A stretch of 64,000 nt of DNA from the human T2T-CHM13v2.0 reference genome, Homo sapiens: NCBI RefSeq assembly GCF_009914755.1, contig NC_060940.1. One strand, 5' to 3'. Of this stretch, positions 56,740-64,000 are shown piece after piece. How positions within the stretch are numbered: position 1 is the stretch's first letter; each line of letters begins with the position of its first letter. The notes beneath the pieces were generated by a model. That model saw only the letters and a program-made list of their open reading frames with translations. It searched no databases and was not told the DNA's origin. The translations under genes were made by a program, and so were the position numbers.

Positions 56740-58169
56740 GACTGCTTAACTAACTGCATGCGATGAATCCTTCGGGATTAACGCTGATAGCAATTTTGTT
56801 TTCTATGGAAAAGCTCTCAGTGTTATATATGTATTTTAATGTTTATTAATGTTTGGTTATTTTAAAATATATTTTATTTATGTATTATGTATTTCAGCTT
56901 TTTAATTAAATTACCTATAAACCTCTATAACTTCATTTTGAATTACTTGATCTGTCTAAGACTGAGAAAGTTGTATTGAAGTAACATTCCATTTTCTAAG
57001 AGCTTTTACTATTTTGATTCAATATTTTGTTACATAGTGATTTATGACTCTTAACGCCATTATAAATTGTGCCTTTTAACAATTTGAAATTGTTTTCTTT
57101 CCTATCTAATGTTGTTCAGACTTGATTTTCATTCAGTCTGAAGTAAATAATATCTCAGAATTTTTTGCCAATCATTCCGTCATTCTTAAAACTACATTCA
57201 TTTAAACAGCGTGTATTTGACTTGGGAGAATAGATAATCTGAAAACGTTTATTACAATTGAGATGCTTAGAAACAATTTCCGTCTATTGTCATCATTAAT
57301 ATAGATTTCTAGAAATGAAGTAAAAAATTCTGATACACACGTATTTAATCAAAATTTTCTTCATCTTTAGTAAGTGTCCTTTAACAAATATAATCTTTGA
57401 GAGTCAAACATTGAGCTAAGAAATGTATTTGTGACTTGGAAACGGGTAACCCTTAGTTTTCTATTTTTTGTATTAATCAGAATAGAGTGGGCTATTCTGA
57501 AGTAATTAATAGGTAGAAGAATGAAAAGAAAAAAGCTCTGTAGCTTAACAGATTTGAGGACTCCCGTTGCAGTTGTGGCACAGCAACACGCCAAATTGAA
57601 TGATTCGTATCCATGCATTCTAGGTGTTTCCCTTTCCAATGGTGACTCAGAAATCCAGGCTGTTTTCACCTTGTGGCTATGCTACTACCAGGGCTCCACG
57701 GCTCCTGAGTTACTACTGCAGCAGTGGGGATTGTGTTGTAGACAGCACTTCCATTCACCTTCCTTCTTTTACATTTCTTTCACATTTTTGCTTATTTCCT
57801 GGGAGAGCTTTTTCATTTGTCCTCTCTGCTATTAATCCAATCTGATGCCTTGCCTGTTTTCCTTTCTCCTTTTCACTTGCATATATCCATTTTGCTGAAG
57901 CATTTTCAGTTGTCTTACAGTCTTTCTCCACCATCAAACAGCTGTTGTTTTTCCTCATAATTACACATTGTTAACCCGGAGACAAAATGCTAAAGAGAGA
58001 AAACTTCTTTCATAGAGACAGGTATTTGAATTCTTTGGAAAATGCCGAACATTTCCCTACATTTTCTTATAGGTTTCATTGTAATTTTTGTTGAATGATA
58101 AGGTCATCTGAATCTTCACGATGATATGCTATTCGTCTTTTCAAGCTCAGAAGGCTCACTTTAAATTAT

Positions 58170-58392
58170 TATTTTTTTATTTTTAAATGACACATAGTAA
58201 TTATGCATATTTATGGGGTACACTGTGATATTTCAATACATGTATACCATGTGTAGTGATCAAATCAGGGTAGTTAGCATATTTAGTATCTCAAAACTTC
58301 ATTATTTCTTAATGTTGGAAACATTCAAATTCGCCTTTTCTAGCTATTTGAAAATACGCAATAAATTGCTGTGACTCATAGTCACCCCACAG
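58170..58392 (-). mobile_element. L1MA-type 3' end fragment
   Basis: catatttatggggtacactgtgatatttcaatacatgtatac...gatcaaatcagggta...tctagctatttgaaaatac. Confidence 0.8.
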
Positions 58393-59345
58393 TGTTTTTC
58401 TGCCTATTTGCATGTGTTGGGAAGTGATCTGAACTGACTCGATTGAATCTACAAGTTTGTGGGTCAAACTTGATCCTGATCCTATCAGATGCCCCTTTTG
58501 CCCGGCCTGGTGCCCTCACCCTGATTCCAGCTGAAGGGAAAGTTCTGTGTGAGCCCTGGCTCACTTGGCTATGACAGCTTCTCATCCCACTCAGGAGTCT
58601 TGCTATCTTTTCTTGGGTTTCTTAGGTGCCAAAGCTGTGTCACAACTCAGAATTGTGACGTGGCTAACACTCTCTGAGACAATTTTAAAAAAGCAGGAAA
58701 TAAGAGCCAAAGACAAATGCTTCCTTTTCCACTTGTCAATTCTGAGAGAGCTTCTTTCTTTCTTCCAAAGGCTCTAGCAGGGTCTGGCTCCAGCGGCCCG
58801 CACGCTTACCCACTTAACAGAACACACTTCTATTGCCTTCTTTCTTGCCTGCTTCCCTCCCCACATCCCCCTGTTCCTGTTTCCTCGTATTTCCTCCCAA
58901 ACCAAGTTTTTATATACAATTCTCCATTTTCACACTCTGCTTTTGGTGTGTACCATGTTGAGAAACTGGTTGAGGTTACTTGATCTCAACTGGTCTAAGA
59001 GACCCCTTTCTCATTTTTCAGATCTAGAGTGAGACTTCTTAGATTATGAGTAAAGCTTTTTGCTTTCTTTTTGCTAGTTTACCAAGCAATCCATAGGGTA
59101 GTTTTATACACTGATGCATAATGTCACCCTGAACTTTTTCCTGATTGTCTAAAATACTCAACCAAGAGTATATCTAAAGGTAAAATTCCCAGTCATATTT
59201 CTTAACATAGATAGACATGTCTATATTTTATCTGCTGGTTTTCTACTTTCCAACATGATGAGCTACCATTCTGCTCCCCCCATCATGCCATATTATTTTT
59301 TCATAATTAATTGTTCATATTGTAATATAGAAAAAGGGGTAGTGA

Positions 59346-59650
<305 letters not shown>

Positions 59651-60678
59651 GGAGGTAGTGATCTAGTCAGTCCCGGGAGAAATAACATCCTATAGCCATA
59701 ACAAATATAGTAACTATATCAAAGAAGGACAGTTAGAAAAAAATTGTGATTGGAATAAACCTAGGGTCTTTGGCTCTGGGGATAGTATTGAGGGAGAGAA
59801 TGTATTATCTTTCTTTCTAAACTAGAACGCCTTTCTCCTGTGGTTTTTTTAAACAGGGAAAAATGTGTTGCCATCAAATCAAATTCTGAACTGAGCAACA
59901 GAGACGTTAGACAAAACTTACAAAGATTGGTTAGGGAGAACTTTATACTGCCTGCCTTAACTTTTGATTGTGTCATCAGTTTAATGTTATGTGCTTTCAC
60001 AGGAAATAGGAAAGCTGAGAGATGCAAAAAAAAAAAAAAAGGATTGCCGTTTAGATGTAACACTAAACTTTTAGAACCTGTAGTTATATTCTTCAGTAGT
60101 TTCTAACTCATAAGGGAATAATATTATCTTGCATTTTCCAGTTTGCTAAAGCAAATTAACTACATTGTTGACTTTCTGTGGTCTCCGTTTGAATGGGAAA
60201 AGCAATAAAATGAAATAATGGTAATAATCATAGTTGCCGGAAGGTTTTTCTCCACCATGCATATAAGAGACATGAACACCCATAAATAAAGACCCATATG
60301 ATCAGATCTTCTTCAAACAGGTCACTAATTAGCTTCTATAATTAATACCTCACTATAGGAGGAAGAGCCAGGTAATTATCTGGTATATTCTGAAGGTGAG
60401 CCACCCCATTTTAAGTAGCCATCATCCTAGAAATACAGCTGTAGAATAACAACTTCTTCTGCATGTTTAAAGGAGTCATAAACCTCTCTAGCAGTCCTAA
60501 CTACAGCTGTATAAAGCACCTCTTCCTGTCTGTATCAGCAGAAAATTATAGCATAAAAGATTTATCTTTTTGCCCATGGTGCCAATAGCTTATTTTATTT
60601 TTTAAGACAACCATATTTCTTGATGCAAGATATTTAAACAATGTGAACATTTCTTGTGCAATTAAAATTTAGCTCTTT

Positions 60679-61031
<353 letters not shown>

Positions 61032-61284
61032 CTACTTCCTAACCTATTCAGCTCACATAGTATTTATCCCTTGTAAGTGACTACTACCCACTCAGGAAGA
61101 CTTGTATGGGCTGAAGAGAGTGATCAGAAAGAATCGTAAGACAAGGGAATGAATCAGAGTTCATGTCATGTAATCTATATATTCTTTAAAAGACATTAAA
61201 CTTTTTCTTGATATGTTGCTTCCTATTAAGATACCATGTCCTTATTTTTAATCTAATTTCTTGAATTGTGTTTTACACATTGAC

Positions 61285-61323
61285 ATCTATCTATCATCTA
61301 TCTGTCTGTCTATGTATCTATCT
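61285..61323. repeat. Imperfect (TCTA)n
   Basis: Direct inspection. Confidence 0.7.
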
Positions 61324-61734
61324 GAAGTAGGAAAATACATACATATATGCCCACATTTATCGTCTTATCTGTTTAAGCTAATTGAATTTCCTGTTATTGT
61401 TATAAGAATAAAAATATTGCCAATCTAAACACCTTAACCTAGGCTGGTACTGTGTTGATTATCTTACTTATATTAGTTCTAATTCTTACAAAAATTTGAG
61501 TTGTAGTTTTTAATCTCCGTTTTACACGAGTAGTTTGAGGCTCAGAAATATCCATACACTATATTCAAGGTACTCAAAATTTTGACTGATTTTAGTAAAC
61601 CTCAAAATACTAGTTGCATTACTTGATAGCTGTCTTTGTTTACCAGTAATATGATTGGCATTTTTACTTAGGTACATAACTATGAACATATCATGACACT
61701 ATCATGGAAATAAAACTGCAGTTAGATTCGGTTA

Positions 61735-61958
61735 CTGAGAAAACTCTGGCCCATTGAACAAATTCAGTTAGCCCCCTTTTTTCTAAATAAAATTTTGTTG
61801 GGACACAGTCCTGCCCAATTGTTTACATATTGTCTGTGTCTGCCTTCACATTACAATGACAGAGATGAGTAGTTGTGACAGAGACCATAAGGATCATAGC
61901 CTAAATAATTTACTCTCTGGTCTTTGGGCCTTTACAGAAAAAAGTTGCCAATGCTAGG
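61735..61958 (+). mobile_element. MER58A-like hAT-Charlie element
   Basis: aaataaaattttgttgggacacag...gtttacatattgtct...gagtagttgtgacagagacc...ctttacagaaaaaagttgcc. Confidence 0.8.
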
Positions 61959-62669
61959 ACTAAATAATTACTGTAGAAACTGTACTGCTGTAAAGTTTTG
62001 TCAAATCACTTGCATTTGCAATGACCATTGTTCATAGGGTTTGATTATTTAAAAAATTGAATCACAATTACCTAAGGGAAAAAGATTAATGAAAACACAA
62101 TAAACTAAGGTCTAGTAATTCCATTTACTTCATACTCCTTGCAGAATCCAAGAATTCTTTTTATGACATGCTCTGAGCCATTTTGCAAGGTTGTAGTGTG
62201 GAAATTGTCAGCCACATTTTAAGGAATATTTAACTATCCTTCATTAGGTATGAAGGGACTCTCTCTTGCCTTTTTATATATTTTCTATTTTACTACTCTC
62301 ACTAGTGAATCAGTGGTCTTCAAGACTGAAGCAGTAAGTACATTTAATTATATTCACACCTAAATTCAATGCCTGTAGTCACTTATGTTTTGTAAAAGAT
62401 ACTGTGGAGGCTGAGATATAGATGTAAATTCTCTCTGATGGACATTCTATTGAAAAGTTCAAGTGACTGAGGAGCCGTACTTCTGTATAGCAAATGGAGA
62501 CACCTTTAAAGTTTATATTCATGAGAAAATAGCCCAGGTCTGAGACTATTGCACTGGAATGAAAGTTGGAAAATCCAGTGCATTTCTTCATGGAAGAAAG
62601 GAAAACATTGCAGGCTTTCTTTTTTTTTTTTTTTTCCTTTTTATCTTTGATGGGAAAATAGAAATATAA

Positions 62670-62880
62670 ATATACTCAGTGTGTCAAGCCCTGAGATAGA
62701 CACTTTCCCTACATTATTCTATAGTCATCATGATTTCTTAGTATACACATGAGAAAACATTGTCTGAGAGTGGTTAAATTACTTCTTGAAGCCAACACAG
62801 CTATTAAGTTGTGAACTTTAATAGTTGTGAACTTTATTAAGTTGTGCCCAGTCTGTGAATTGTAACTCACATGTCTTTTA
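62670..62880 (-). mobile_element. MIR relic
   Basis: gagagtggttaaattactt...cacagctattaagt. Confidence 0.55.
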
Positions 62881-63494
62881 TTCCAATATTCTCATAGATA
62901 TATAAGAATATCTTTTTATTAGCAACATAACTTGACAATCAGCAATTCACCATACTCTTTGAACATAATGCAATAAGATGGATAATTATTTTTTAAATTA
63001 ATCATTATATCTGTTATTATCCTTGTTAATTCTACTAAATAGGTACTTCAGTTTCTCAGCTTATATGTAGTGTGGTAGGTTTAAAATGTTAGAGGAGAGA
63101 AACATCTATTCTGTGAAAATAGATGTTCTCTTAATAGTCTGGTCCCCATTCCTTAAAAACAATTTGGTACATTCTGGCAATATTCTTAATATTATGGGTC
63201 TCTCTACCTGGGATACTATTTCAATCCCTAAATGTTTTTCTCGACTCTGTAATGAGCTCTGTTATTCCCTCTACATGGTCTTCTCTGCTGTATTCATTCA
63301 GTTCCAAGGGCTCAACTAGATATGCTGTATATTTCCAGTGGACTAACCCACAGACACTACCCCCCGCCCCACCACCCCCCAAATTAACCTCCCCAGATGG
63401 GTCATGTTTTGAACTAGGCTCCAAAACATGCTCTTCATCTGAACCATTTCAGTATTTCCATGATGGAAAAGGAAGAATCAGTATGACATACACA

Positions 63495-63680
63495 ACCTGT
63501 TTTTAATTAAAATTTTCGTATTTTGTTCATCATAGATTTTTTTGCATGTTATCATTTTTTAAATTGCATTAAATATTATTTATTTTGATTACTGAGTTTT
63601 TTTTTTGTTGTTGTTGGCATTTCCTTACATTTGGTGTCTATAGTGAGTACCTCACTTGCTTTTCCTTAGTCCCTTCCCTG
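63495..63680 (-). mobile_element. hAT-type MITE (MER96-like)
   Basis: ttttgttcatcat..atttttttgcat...aaatattatttattttgattactgagtttt...cctcacttgct..tagtccc..ccctg. Confidence 0.55.
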
Positions 63681-63694
63681 ATGGGATCGATTAC

Positions 63695-63905
63695 CAAGGC
63701 CTGAAGACAATCTAACTGGGCTTCAATCCTAGGTCTACCAGTCCTTGGCCAAGCTTCCTTGAGCAAGTTGCTTAACCTCTCAGTGCATCGTTTTTTTCAC
63801 ATATACATTGAGGATATAACGACGTAGCCAAAATGGGTATTGCAAGTTTCAAAGAAATAATATATAGGAAACATTTAGAATATTCCTAGCTAATTTTAAG
63901 TGCCA
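63695..63905 (+). mobile_element. MIR SINE
   Basis: ctgggcttcaatcctaggtctacca...ttgagcaagttgcttaacctctcagtgc. Confidence 0.7.
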
Positions 63906-64000
63906 TTAAATCATTTATTATTAATATATTTGAAATCTTGCTGATCAAAAGATGTTTACATTAGAATTCTACCTTCATATGTAATTCATTTACTAAATCA

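Noticed and set aside
56760-56787. Canonical box C/D snoRNA
   Set aside because: The C-like and D boxes are only ~17 nt apart, with no room for a guide or C'/D' boxes; kept only as a hairpin finding
59211-59224. Palindrome atagacatgtctat as a p53 response element
   Set aside because: Only one RRRCWWGYYY half-site, with no adjacent second half-site

Overview
AT-rich, CpG-poor primate (human-like) non-coding DNA, intronic or intergenic. I recognise no cellular protein-coding exon, tRNA, rRNA or snRNA, and I cannot name the locus. The window holds about 20 Alu-family copies (FRAM/FLAM, AluJ, AluS, AluY; many with visible target-site duplications), L1PA/L1PB/L1M fragments, L2 and MIR relics, solo LTRs (THE1, MLT1, MLT2A, MER21, LTR33-like), DNA-transposon fossils (MER47, MER20, MER5A, MER58, MER94) and a one-ended, disabled Hsmar1 mariner covering almost the whole transposase ORF (54663-55760, minus strand). 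The ORFs I could assign derive from Alu, L1, Hsmar1 or simple repeats; the rest are short and match nothing I recognise. The most unusual features are: (i) a ~740-bp alternating purine-pyrimidine 24-mer minisatellite (43779-44519) whose variants change in stepwise order and which is open in all six frames; (ii) an 83-bp, ~94% identical non-tandem copy 718 bp away (8751-8833 vs 9469-9551); (iii) an L1 internal deletion sealed by a scrambled, partly inverted templated filler (24476-24525); (iv) the Hsmar1 fossil, whose third catalytic Asp has decayed as in SETMAR; (v) several perfect hairpins, one with a cUUCGg loop. I find no convincing evidence of a new multi-gene system. Repeat subfamily names come from recalled consensus sequences and need RepeatMasker/Dfam confirmation.
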